Shown here: positions 1-12,639 of the stretch, piece after piece | How positions within the stretch are numbered: position 1 is the stretch's first letter | Layout of the letters: every line of letters starts with the position of its first letter | Source: Curvularia clavata | Lineage: Eukaryota | Reading direction: 5' to 3' | NCBI GenBank assembly: GCA_023920165.1 | Contig: CP089280.1 | Span: forward strand, 1,116,001 to 1,180,000 | DNA: 64,000 nucleotides | The notes under the pieces: model-generated | Seen by the model: the letters and a program-made list of their open reading frames with translations, nothing else | The model's database searches: none | Told to the model about the DNA's origin: nothing | Position numbers and translations under genes: made by a program

Positions 1-3000
1 GAAGATCTTCTCTTCCGCCCTGCCCTCCATCAAGCACGCTAGCGCCTGCCCCACCTCCTCCAACACCTCCTCCGCAACCCCAATCCACTCCTGGAAGGTT
101 ACAATCTCAATTCCCAACTTCTTTCCTCCTTCCTTAACAAACGCCTGACACTTCCACTCCCGCAGTGGCTCACCGTGCGGATACAGCGTCTCAAACTTCG
201 CCTCGACCCCATTTCCAAACGGCAACTCCTCAACCCACGCCGGCGCCTGATGTACCACCGTATCGAACCAGCGCGTCTTCTCCGGGTCCCAATCCGTGCA
301 ATTCCGCATAATCTCGTCGAAGCCCATGGACTCGTACGCCGCAGATGTGATGTGCTGATCCTGCACGTAGCGCAGGAGATCGAGATACGTCCATGAGGGT
401 GCCAGCGTCGCGCGGAAGGGAATGTACTGCCATGTGGGACCGAAGATGCGATCAGCATTGGGGGCACCCACGTTACGCCCGGATACAACTTCGCCGAAGA
501 CGAGATCGGTGAGGTTCAGGCGCCGCGCGAGAACGAGGGCCCATGCGGCTGTGGGCAGAGAGCCGATGGTGATGTTGGCTGGGCGTGAGGAAATGTCGAA
601 TTCTTTGTATACGTCTGCGGGGTCGCGGTGCGTGAGGGGGATGTTTGGTTTGAGGACGGTCATGGAAGAGCCAGAGAGCAGGTTCTTCCAGTAAGGAATG
701 GCCTTGGGGATGTTGTCGAGGACTACGTGGTTGACGTGCTTGCTGAAAGGAACAGTCTCGGGGACGGGGGTGCCGGCGTAGAGGGCGGAGAGCTGTGAGA
801 AGAGAAGGGGCAGGCAGATCTCGTCGTATTGGGCGTGAGAGATGCGGAATGCGAGAGTAGAGGCGCCAGTGGCGTCAGTGAAGAGGGTGAAGGAGACAAA
901 CGAAGATCCATAGGGCTTAGGTTCTTCAATGTCCTTTTGGACACTTGCTCGTGCGAAAGCATTGATTTCTTCACCTTCTGGGACTGCAACCTCAGAGTAC
1001 GGTACTTGCAGTGACGATATTACCACACCCAGAGTCAGATCGTCGTCTTTGACGAATACAGTGCGCAAAACCTCATTCCGGGCCACGAGTTCCTGGCATG
1101 CTTGTGCGAGCTTCTGTCGATCGATGGGCGTGACGAACTTGATCAGCTCGTAACGCAGCGAGTATCGTGGAAGGTCGACAGTGCCATCAACTGCGAGTTC
1201 CTGCAGTGGCCTCGTCGGGTAGATGTCTGTGATAAACCACTCCTGGTTCTGGAGATAGGCGCCAATGCGGTCGGGAGTATACAGTGAAGCGTCCTTGCCG
1301 AACGCAACGAATGGCGCATCGGTGTCTGCCTTGGGCTGTGACATAGCTGTCTGCTCAGATGTAGAAGCAAGTTCAGCAAGCGACTGGCTCTGGAAAACCT
1401 GTGCCACAGTAATCTTCAGTCCCTGCGCGCGAGCATCAGAGACTAGCCTCATCGCGCCGATGGAGTCGCCTCCCAACTCGAAGAAGCTGTCACTGCTCTT
1501 GATATCAGTCTTAGGCATACCGAGAATGCGACCGAGGATCTCTTTCAACTTGTCTTCCTGCTCATTGCTTGCAGAAGCTGCCAAATCGGATAATGTGCGA
1601 CTGGAAAAGACTTGGGCGACTGTGAAGTTGAGGCCCTGAGCACGAGCGTCAGAAACGAGACGCATGGCACCTATAGAATCTCCGCCTAGCTCGAAGAAGC
1701 TATCACTCGGCTTGATGTCAGTCTCCTTCAGGCCGAGAATGCGACTTAGTATGCTTCGCAGTTTCTCCTCATTTGGCGAGAGTGATTTCAGGCCGGCATC
1801 TCCAGATTCAGGACCGTCAACTGGCGACATGCCTAGCGCGCTATCGGTCATAACATCCTTTGGTCTCATAGCCTCAGCATCTTGGGCCTCTTCTGGATCC
1901 AGGACTGCGACATCGCCTAGTTTGCTTTCGGGGTTACCCAAGAATGCATGAACGATACGATCGAGCACAGCAAGCACCCTCTCCGTGGCTTCCTTGCTGA
2001 TACATTTCGAGTCGAAACTAGCCATGATCAAGAAGCCGTTCTCGTCCAGTGTACAGACAAGCATAAGCGCATAGGTATTGAACTTGAGCGCCTCACGAGC
2101 TGCCTCTGCGTCATCAGCGGGAAGGAATGTGTTTGCAGGAGCATGTTCCATATCAACCTGGCCCCAGTCTTCGTCTTCTTTGGGGTGTAGCACAAGACCG
2201 GTACGAAGATCGCATGCAACACGCGCGCCCTTGCTGAGACGGCGGATATTTTGGAGACCCAAATGCTCGTGGGGAATCTGCTTTACTGTTTGAGCATGCA
2301 CGCTTTGGAGGTATTCGGCAATGGGCCGGTCAAGGGCGAGGCGGACACGGATAGGTACTGTCGTGATCATTGGCCCCTCAATCTGCTCAATACCGTGGAC
2401 AGGGGCAGAGCGGCCGGTGAGGGTCTCGCCGAAGACAATATCCGGATGGCCCATGTAGAGTGATGACACGAGAGCCCATGCGCCGCGGATTATCGTCGCT
2501 AGGGTAAGCTTAGAATGCGCTGATGTAGGGACGGTGACGTAGTGCTCAAGCAGCGAGTCGGCTTGGGTAGTGTAGCCCTTCTGTGGCAGTGGAGGAAATT
2601 GATGAGGGCTTGTGCCTTCTAGACGCTCCTTCCAGTATTTCTGAGCATCGGCTGGGTCCAAGTTTATGAGATGCTTGATGAAGTGCTTGAAAGACGCTGG
2701 TCGCTCGGTGTGGATGCCATTGAAAGCACGATTGATGCGATCGAATACAAGAGGCATCGACCATCCATCATATACCGCGTGATGCATCGTAATGACAAAG
2801 TTTGTCTTGTCGCTTCCATTTTCTTTCACTAGGCCATAGCGGAAAAGTGCTGTTCCTAGATCCATGGGCTCTTTGCGATCTAGTTTGAGGTACTCTGCAG
2901 TATCAGTGCCATGCTCGCGTACTAGCTGTCCATCCTTGAGTACGACCTGGAATAGGCCACGGCCAGAGACGTTGATAATTCTCGTTCGCAGAATTGGCGA

Positions 3001-5902
3001 ACCTTCCACAGCGGTATCAAAGGCTTGTTTCAGGCGCAAGGCCACATCCGATGGAAGCGTTGCAACACGTTGGGCTACGTATGCATCCTGGAACTTGGCA
3101 GATAGGGCAATAAGACCTTCTTGAAGAGGCGTACAAGGATACACATCCTCTACATTTTCAGGCTCAACACCGCACAGTCTTGCGCTCTCCTCCCGAGCTG
3201 TGTTCATGTCCCAGTCCTTTCCAATCATAGAGAAATTGGGGACGTCGTTTGTTTCTTCTGCGGACACTGGCTTGGCCTTCTCGGCCATGGCGGACAGCGT
3301 TGGGTTGAGCATAATATCTGGCACACTCAGCACCAGGCCCTCTTCTCTAGCAGCAGCTACTAGTCTCATTGCTCTCAGTGAGTCGCCACCCATGCTGAAG
3401 AAGTTATCGTTGGCGCTGAAATCCGCATCGCCGCCGAGCAACTTCGCCCAGAGTGCTTGAAGCTTCAGCTCCATTTCCGTTGTAGCCTCTTTCTTCTCAG
3501 ATACAGCCGAATTGAAGCGACGGAGGTCTTGACGAGTAACCGAAGCACCGATCTCGCGCAGCCTCTTTCGATCCGTCTTGCACGAGACAAGTAAAGGCAT
3601 CTTCCAGAGGGGGATATAGGCGCTAGGTATCATGTAACTAGGGAGGTCGACGAAGAGCTGCTTCGTCATGTCTTGGAGGGCACTCTGAAACTTGTTTGTG
3701 AAGCTGCCGAAGACATTGCCGTCGAGGTGACGCATACCGTTCTTCTTCTGTTCGACGATAAAAGCAACCAATGTTTGCTCGCCGCCGCCGCTCGGTTTGA
3801 TGACCTCGGCTGCAAGCTGGGTATCAGGAGGTAGGTGCTTTTGCATGTTGAATTCGATTTCAGCCAATTCAATGCGCTGTCCGCGTAGCTTGATCTGCTG
3901 GTCCTGCCGACCGACGAAAATAGGCTCGCCATCGCCGTCTGGGTCAAAACGAACCAGATCACCCGTCTTGTAAATCCGGCCGTGCCTACCAGGATAACTC
4001 TTGCTTCCCTTGAGCAAGAACTCTGGGTCTTCGATGAAGACTTCTTTTGTCTTGGATGGGTTGTTCAGATAACCATTACCGACGATAGGACCCTCAATCA
4101 GCAACTCTCCAACCGCGCCAACTGGCACTAGCTTGTTGTGGTTGTCAGGTTCGGTGAGCCATAATGCACAACCTTTCCGCTTGCCCATGGTGATGTACGG
4201 TTTGGCAGCTACATTGTCGTTGATTGTGGCACCCACAGTAGCTTCGGATGGACCATAAGCATTCACGACCCTAGTCCTTTTACCCCACGACATGGCATCG
4301 CTTGTAGAAACACCTTCACCTCCTAGCGCAATAGACTCAAGGTGATCCAGGATGTCTACGTCCAGGGTTCGAGCGACTGAAGGAGTCATTCCAGCAAAGG
4401 TGACTCGCATGTCGCGCATCGCGCCACTCATGTCGTTCATGCGTCGCTCATCAGAAGGCGTGCAGAGTGTAGCACCATGCGCAAGTGTGCAAAGCATAGA
4501 GTCGATGCACACATCAAAAGCGTAACTGGCGAAGTCAAGTACGCGAGAATGAGGGAAGTATCCCACAGCTGCAGCGCGTGGTATCGCACCAGACGTATAC
4601 TGGCTGTGCGTGAGGATGCATCCTTTGGGAACGCCGGTACTTCCACTGGTAAACTGAATGTACAACGGCTGATCCGGAGAGACAGGTGGAAGCGCAGTCT
4701 TCGGTTGCTCAGATGCGTACGGAGCATATATTTTCTTAAACTTGGATTCAGATATTGGTATGATGGTGGCAGAGGGTGCCACACGTGCTGCAAGGGTCGA
4801 TTGTGCCGTGGAAGACAGAAACAGTTTGGCGTTTACTTGCTGTACCACAGCTCGCAGTCGGCCTTCTGGCTGAGCCGGATCAAGCAAAGCAAAGCATGCA
4901 CCGGCTTTCATAATGGCCAGCACTGCTACTGACGTCCATCGTGATTTTTCGAACAGCACTGGGATGATGCGGTCTGGCGAGTCGTCCAGCAGTCGCAAAA
5001 GCTGTGCCAGTTCGGTAGAATGTTCTTCCACCTGGCGATATGTCAAAGTGCCGTCCCAGGCATCTATCGCAATCTTATCTGGGTTCAGCGCGGCTTGCTC
5101 GGAAACCTTTTCGTGCATACAGAAGCGAAGTTCAGGCTGCAGAGGCGTATTCCAGCTCCACAGCTCATCGAGCTCATCTTCCGAGACAGTGCGGAAATCG
5201 GCAAGAGGATGATCAACATCTTGAAAAAGGGTATGAAGAATTGAAGCAAAAAAGTGCAGCTGTGAGACAGCTTGGTGCCGTGCCATGGTGTTTGTTTGCC
5301 ATCTTGAGGTGGCATACAAGTGGTCTTCTTGGAGATCAAGTGAGACTTCAAATGTCCACTAAATGTGATTAATGATATATTCGGAGTTTCTTTGTTGTGG
5401 TAAATACCTCTTCATTAGTGCCATCTCTAACGATAATGGTGGTTTCTCCGAACGTGAACTGGGGCGATTTGACGCTGCCAATCTTTGTCCTTAGACTAGC
5501 AGCCGTCTGGTGACTTGCCCAATCGAGTTCGGTGGCAGATATGCATTGTGTACTGTCTTCTCCTTGGTCTTTCAACCCCCAGGTAAATTGGTTGAAGACG
5601 TCTCGTTGGTAACGTTGTACGAGTATTGTCCAGGCTGTTAGAACTGTGTCCAGCACTGAGTTCCGGTCCGTGACGCTGGGTAGATGAACCCGAACCTCAT
5701 TTGCCTTGGCTATGTGCCCGTTAGTGTATGAGGCTCCATTCTGGTCCTCGGAATGTAAAGAATGCTCCTGATCGTCGAAAGCGCTGCTGTTCTGGACCTT
5801 CTTCGCAACATGCTCATCAGTAACGCCGCCAAAGCGTACTGTGTTTTCTCTGCCGTTGGGAAGATGCATCTTGCTCTGCAGACTAGAGTGTGATCTCTTC
5901 AT
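1..5902 (-). CDS. NPS6: Extracellular siderophore NRPS (NPS6/SidD family), architecture A-T-C-T-T-C; 3' end lies just outside the window
   Basis: Exon 1 is 5902-5408 (alternative ATG 5869), intron 5407-5359 (GT..AG), and exon 2 runs 5358-1. Exon 2 is in one frame at every segment I translated; it is missing from the ORF track, consistent with no stop in the window. A-domain motifs: YIQFTSGSTGVPKG (~4620-4665), NAYGPSE (~4245-4265), YKTGDL (~3955-3975). T1: FFSMGGDSL (~3375-3402). C1: MHHAVYDG (~2765-2788). T2 and T3: FFELGGDSIGAMRL (~1660-1700, ~1445-1487). Terminal C: SHAQYDE (~820-840). The last visible codons read LMEGRAEEKIF. Confidence 0.93.
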
Positions 5903-6342
5903 GTCCAAGTCGATATATGCGTTCCGCACGTCGGAGGATTGAATATAATGTTGATCCTCGAAGCGCACGGCTCAGAAATCCAAACTTTAGTAGACGGGTC
6001 AAACGCACACCACAAAGGCCACGCACCCTGTACGCCCTCTATTCAGCTTACATCCCGCAGTTAGGCCTAGCTCTCCACACACCGTCTTGGGGTGAAGCCC
6101 CGGCACACCCAACCACCAGTCCAGCCTGGGCTCTTGGTCGGACAGCAGTCGGCGTCATTTCTGCTGTTGCATTAAACACGAGGGCAAATTCTGCTCATCC
6201 GCACCGGGAAATTCCTAAAGTCGGCTACATTGCTCATGAGCTAACGTAAGTCCGCAGGGAAGGGCCCCATTCATAGCAATACCATGGTTTAGTCGTAATG
6301 AAAACTCGCCTCATGATGAATATTCACCCCCACATTTAGCGG

Positions 6343-6810
6343 ATCAGATAATCTTAGCGCCAAAGGGTGGCGTCATGGGCTTTCATCTGATAAATTTCGT
6401 GGGTGGCTGGCCATGCAAGCACGGAGCAGCCGCTCCGGGCAAGGCTCATGCAGGGTTACGCTGCCAAGGTTGCTCATCGGTTCCATCTGATAACGGCCGA
6501 CATTCGGAATCTTCAGGGCTACCAATCATGCGCCTTAGGCCTGTATTTTGTGCTGATCCATGGCGTTTGGTAGTCAAGGGTGCATGCTGCATCGCTTGAA
6601 AAATTATCTGCCGAATTCCGGGACTGACCTGGATGACGCAGCAGCTTGCAGGCTCAACAGCACGTCTTCTCAGTATCGATCGTAGCTCTTGACCTCACGC
6701 CATAGTTCTGATATTTTTCGACTTCCTATTCCATAACAGATTTTTGGCTGGTAAGGATCCGGGCCGGATCGATTAGTCCAGTAGGTCTTCGCTTAGAGCG
6801 GATCTGATAA
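6343..6810. promoter_or_regulatory. Four SreA/Sre1 GATA iron-repression boxes (ATCWGATAA) in the NRPS/GNAT divergent promoter
   Basis: ATCAGATAA 6343-6351; ATCTGATAA 6385-6393, 6485-6493 and 6802-6810. ATCWGATAA is the established SreA/Sre1 consensus in siderophore gene promoters. Confidence 0.85.
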
Positions 6811-7284
6811 CCATGATTTACACATAACCGAAGAGGAGTCACAGCAAGATGGGCAATGGAGTCTGAGTGGGGCTTTTTGCTTGTCACCCGCGGCGCAAAG
6901 AACCATCTCATTTAATCCAGCGGGCTTTTTACGCTAGTTTTGCGCGATTTCTAGTGCAGCGGAGCAGGTGATCAATTCGATGATCGGCAGGACTTGCTTG
7001 GGAACAAGGCCCACAATGCTCACCAGCTCGTGATCCCAACATTTCTAACCGATGTTCGATGGATCGTGAGCCTCGGCAATCTTTCTGTCACACTCAGTGT
7101 CTGTAGTCAATTATCGGTAACATGACTGTCGTCCCGTAACTTGGACGGAGCTGTTTACCAATTTGTCGAACTTCACCTGCCGTACCAATCATCCCCCCGC
7201 CTGCCCTGACGATTGTTTGGTGTATGGTTCCTCCCTACAACTCTTTTGACTGACAGCTTAATTTTTTTTGGCAAAACATCAGCC

Positions 7285-8061
7285 ATGGGGTTTGTGGTAA
7301 TTCCCGCTTTGACGCCAGACATCAGCGATGTGTACGATGTATACTTCGAGGCCTTCAAGAACAATGCAGTCACACGTGCCTTGTTTCCCTCAGCCACAGA
7401 ATCTGATTTGACCAATCCCAAATCTGAATTTCGGTATGTGTGCTGCAGATCTGCTTTGCATAGTTATATGCTGGTTCATGGTTGCAACATAGACTGATAT
7501 GATAAAAGTCAAGGCCATACGGGTCACGTTCAGGAGTGGTGGAAGACCAGTCAAACACAATATACACTAAAATGTGTTGACACCGACACAAACAAGATTG
7601 TCGGCATGGCACTGTTCGATATCTACATCACGCCGAGCGACTGGAAGCGGGGTGAGATCTCCTGGTTGCAGGGAAAGGAACGCGAGCAAGCTGAAGCACT
7701 CATCAGCCCGCTTTGGGAAGCAAGAGAGAAGCTTTGGTTGAACGAGCGGTACATTTACGGCCATGTCATAGCTGTACATCCCAATTACCAACGGAAAGGA
7801 GTTGGTGAGAAGATTTTCCAGTTTGGTACGACGATATCGTCGCAAACAGGATTGCCTATTTACATCGAAAGCTCGAAAGACGGCGTACGCTTCTACGAAA
7901 AGATGGGTTGTAAGAAATTGAAAGAAACTCTAAGACGGGCACCGGGAAGTATCATCTCAGGGGATGGTACCGAACTGAAAGCAGATGAAGACCTCCCGCT
8001 GTTTGTATGGTTACCAGAAGGCGCAGAGAAAAGGCTGCCAAAAGCTGTGGAGCTGGCGTAG
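7285..8061 (+). CDS. GNAT-family N-acetyltransferase (SidG-like; candidate siderophore N2-acetyltransferase), 233 aa
   Basis: Exons 7285-7433 and 7509-8061 (intron GTATGT..AAAG, frame checked). Acetyl-CoA binding motif VHPNYQRKGVG and the GNAT C-terminal YIESSKDGVRFYEKMG. Confidence 0.85.
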
Positions 8062-8098
8062 CATTGATTAGAATCTAAGATATTATACTATATAACTT

Positions 8099-11000
8099 TC
8101 ATCCCAACATTTGGTGAAGTGCATTGACGCGGTAGCTCTCGCTGCGTTGCACGAGCTCATCGTGTCGGCCCTGGTCTACAACTTTTCCTGCTTCGACCAG
8201 GAATATCACATCTGCCCTTGCAATTGTCCTGAGCCGGTGTGCAATAGCAATGACCGTAACCCCCTGGCCTTTGACAGCACGCTCAAGGCCGAGTTCGAGG
8301 GCCTTTTCACTCTCTGCATCAAGCGCACTTGTGCTTTCGTCCAAGAGAAGTAATTTAGGCTTCCGTACGAGTGCTCGAGCGATAGAAAGTCGTTGGCGTT
8401 GCCCGCCAGAAAGCTGGTTGCCGCTTGATCCACACTCGGTGTCGTATCCTTGAGGAAGGTCCATAATGGTGTCGTGGATGTTTGCCAACTTGCAAGCTTC
8501 ATGTATCTCTTCGTCTGTTGGGGTATGGCCTGGCCTCGCTCCTAATGCGATGTTAAACTTGATGCTTCCTTGGAAGAGCACATTCTCTTGTGGCACGTAG
8601 GCAATATCGTCCCGGAAGGAGGTGCCATGGTGACGTGAGATATCGGCCCCGTTGATGAAGATATTTCCCGAAGAAGGACGATAGAAGCGCTCCAAAAGAG
8701 CCAACACCGTGCTCTTTCCCGCTCCAGAAGGTCCTACTAACGCGCAGAATTGACCTGGCTGTATTGACAGAGACAAAGACGTAAGAACTGGGACCCCAGG
8801 ACGAGCGGGATAAGCAAAGCCCACGTTTCTGAAAACCACACTGGCACCACCTTGTGCCAATACAGGTGATGTAGACTCAACAGGTGCTTCGATGTCATTT
8901 CCCTTCTCCTCAAGGTCCTGGCCAGATGTTGCCTTTCCGTTTCTGACGCCGGATGCATCTGTACCTAGCTCGATAAGACCACAGATGCGTGAGACGGCAC
9001 TCTTCGCCTTCGCAATTTCGGGAGCGAGGGTGAACAGCTGACCCCAGAGCTGAGCAGAGACAAGCATAGCTATGAGGATGATGAAGAACTGGGTCTGCGT
9101 ATACCTCCCTTCGACGATATTCTTAGAACCCCACCAATAGGCAAAGGCGTAGATGAAGCTGCCGCAAGAGTTGGCGACAGCTAGCCATACGTTGGTCTTG
9201 AAACTCTGGCGTACCATTTCCCTCCTCGGAGCCTTGAGAGATCTGCGATACGTCTGTAAGATTTCATCCTCAATTGAGAGAGCATGCACAGTTTTGATGT
9301 TCGACACGGCTTCAATCGTGACACCGATAGAAGCCGAGAACGCCCCAGCGTGCTTGACCGCGAAACGCCCGATTGCGCGCAATTGCATGTATCCGGCCCC
9401 TAGAAGCAACGGTACAATAACCAGGCAAACGATCGCGATGCGCCACGCGATGATGTGGGACAGAACAATAGCCGCAACAAAATTGACAATCACAGAGAAC
9501 AAGGTTCCGATGATGGAGCCACTGAAACCTGCTAGTGAATTTCCGTCTTTGGTAATGTACTCCAGTAACATCGATGGGGTTCTTGACTCGGACTCATGCC
9601 ACTGCAGAGGTTGGTGCAATAGTGTCTGCAGCGATAGATTACGAACTTTGTAGATCAGTCGCTCCGAGAGAAGCCCAAATGCTGCCCAGCTGGTGAAATT
9701 TGCAAGGAAAGAGACGCAAGCCAGCATGAACCAAAGTCCCGAAAGTAGCTCGCCTCGCGATCTAATATAGTCTGGCTCATTGCAGGGAGACATGAGGCCC
9801 ATGATGTTGCCAAAGAGAAGACCGGAACCGCAATATTGACCACCGACTATCAACGCCGCGAAGAACGCCAATACGATGAGAAGTGCGTACGGACGAGTTA
9901 AGGGAAGCATTGTTTTGCGGATAGAGCCGGGAACAACGGCACCTTTAGTTGGTTCGGCGGGCTCCGGTGCATTCGGTTCGGGTCCGGTTGTGGCATCGGC
10001 TTCTTGTGCTTGCAGCATCTGCTTTTCGACTGAGATGGTGTCTGCATTATGCGATTCCAGGCTGGTCCTAGAGCTTGACGGCCCACCCTCGGCTTTGACA
10101 GTTTGAAGATTGATCATGTCTGCATATGATCCCTTCTTTTCCATGAGTTGATCGTGAGTTCCCTGTTCCACGATATCACCCTTCTTCATGACAATGATCT
10201 TGGAAGCAGCCTTGATCGTCGAGAGTCGATGAGCAATTGAGATGACTGTTCTTCCTTGAGAAGCGCGCTCAATGGCTGTCTGGATACGCTGTTCACTTGC
10301 CGAGTCCAGAGCTGCAGTTGCCTCATCCAGGATCAGGATCCTGGGGTCACGAACGAGGGCTCGAGCGAGGGCGATACGTTGCTTTTGTCCACCGCTGACC
10401 AGGCTACCACTGGAGCCGACGGTGGTTCCAAAACCAAACTCTAGCCGATCAATAAATCCAGCCACATCAGCAAGTTCAGCAGCGTGCTGCACAAGTTGGA
10501 CGATCTCCACAACCTGAACATGGTAAAATTAGTAAAACGGTCTCTGAAAACGGAAATCTCTCAGAATGCAGCGTACCTCTTTTCCGGCTTTTTCTGCCGC
10601 CTTGCTCAGTTGACATCCATTCCTGACATTCTCAGCAACCTGGGTGAGAACACCACCGAGCAAGGTCTTCTCTAGATGAGCATGAGGAGGGGAATTGACT
10701 AAGCCGAGAGCAATGTTTTCAAGGATGGAACGATCCAAGAGTGACGGCTCTTGTTGCACAAGACTGATAAAACCACGAAGGTTTCTGACATTGATGTCTT
10801 TGATATTGCGGCCATCAAGAAGCACTTCACCTGCTTGTGGGTCATAGAAACGGCTGATCAAACTCGCTACCGTCGATTTTCCACTTCCAGAAAGGCCAAC
10901 AATGGCGGTCAACTGGCCTGTAAGAGAAATTCAGTCAGCATGTTGCTAGATAGATTAATTTGTGGCAGCAAGGAAGAGAAGTCATTCGAGATGTGCTTTG

Positions 11001-12321
11001 CTCGAAGGATCTTCAAGAGGCTGGAGATATTTCGGGAATATTGACGGATAAGTAAGGTTTATGGATGGTGGGTCACACGTACCGGCTTCGCACTTCAATG
11101 AAATATTGTTCAACACAGGATGGTCAGGCCTGGACGTGTACGTAAAAGCGACGTTACGAAACTCGACCTCTCCTTCAACATTAGTAAGTTTCTCCGCAGA
11201 AGCCGAAGTGTTATCGATGGTGGGCTCGGTTTCGATATCTTTTCGCAAGCGCTCGAATGCAGCAATTGCACCTCCGAAAAGTGGTAACATAGGCGCAACT
11301 TGACTGAGAACGATAGCACCTAGATCATTCGCGTTAGTGTAAATATTTGAGGAATGATAGCATTTTTCATACCATCTAAAAGGATAAACACAACAGTATA
11401 TATCTCTCCAATGGTTGCATTTCCGTTGCCCTCGAGAGTATCTGCGACTCTGCGACTACCCTGCCAGTAACCTAAGGCACTAGCTGAGAAAGCGAAGAAG
11501 TAGAGCAGTCCAGCCTGGATGGCAGCGGCTGTGGCCTTCTTGGTGCCCTGCTCCCGGGCATTCTCCAGATGCCCCTTGAACTTTTCTTCGAGTCTGGTGT
11601 TGGCTCCAAGAGCATGCACCAGGCCCACGTGGCTAAGCGCTTCGGATGCGATGGCGCTGGCGGATCCAAAACTTTCACCCAGCTTAGCGCTGTACTTTCC
11701 TACAAAATGCCCACCAATAATCGCCATGAGCAGGAATGCAGGAATCAGGGATACAAGCATGCCTGCTAACTCAGCATTCTTGATGAAACCGACGATGTAC
11801 GCGGTGACACAGAAGGAGATGCATGTGAGAGCAACGCCGACCTTTTCACCAGTGCCACTTTCGATTGCCTGGATATCGCCGTTGAGGCGGGAAGACACTT
11901 CGCCAGCCTGGAGATTGTCGAAGAAGTTCATATCCTGCCGCAGCAGATTCCTCAGGTAGCGATCCCGGACACGCTGGGCTAGTCTTTGGGAGGCCAAGTT
12001 CCAACACACTAAATGTGTGTAAATGCAAACAAAGCTAGCGATGGCAATGTAGACCAGCAACAGAATCTTGGGCGTAATATTGGACTCCTCAGACCCTGTG
12101 GAGCTGCCAGTTCGGTTGTTGCAGGTGGCCGTGTTGATCTCGTCGACCAATTGTCCAAAGACGATTCCGATGAGTGGAAATGGCACGCCTGCCGCTATGG
12201 AGGCTATGCTGCCAACGAGAATGAGTATCTTGTCGAGCCATGTCGGATCCGCATAGAAGAGGAGGTGGAGGAAGCCGAAGAACGGCTTAATAGAGGCCCG
12301 CGAGGGCATGCTGATGGGCAT
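8099..12321 (-). CDS. Full-length ABCB/MDR-type ABC transporter (SitT-like siderophore-cluster exporter), 1313 aa
   Basis: Exons 12321-11373, 11319-11083, 10917-10577, 10513-8099. TMD-NBD-TMD-NBD layout with Walker A GLSGSGKS and GPSGAGKS, signatures VSGGQKQR and LSGGQRQR, Walker B ILILDE and LLLLDE. Confidence 0.93.
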
Positions 12322-12639
12322 TGAGCATACAAAGATTGCTCAGCTGCTTTCAAGGAGGTGTCTCTTGCCACACGCTGCTGTCATGAAGCTGTGCGAGAGC
12401 ACCTGCATAAGGACACCTGGGCGCCATGGCCGCACGGAGCTACGACGGCCAGGATCGACACGGGCCCTGGAAATTGCTCGCATCGCGTTCAGTGGAAACA
12501 ATGTCACGTGAAATTCATAGCGTACAGCAGTGCCAGTGTGGGCTGCTTGGAAGTGGAGAAGAGACGTGTGTTGTGTTACTTGGCACTGGGATGCGGTCTA
12601 CATTGGCTCCGTGCTCGGCCCTCGTCGATTAGTCAGAAG

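Noticed and set aside
99..5372. Many short plus-strand and off-frame ORFs over the NRPS
   Set aside because: Antisense or alternative-frame shadows of the long minus-strand NRPS exon; no recognisable motifs.
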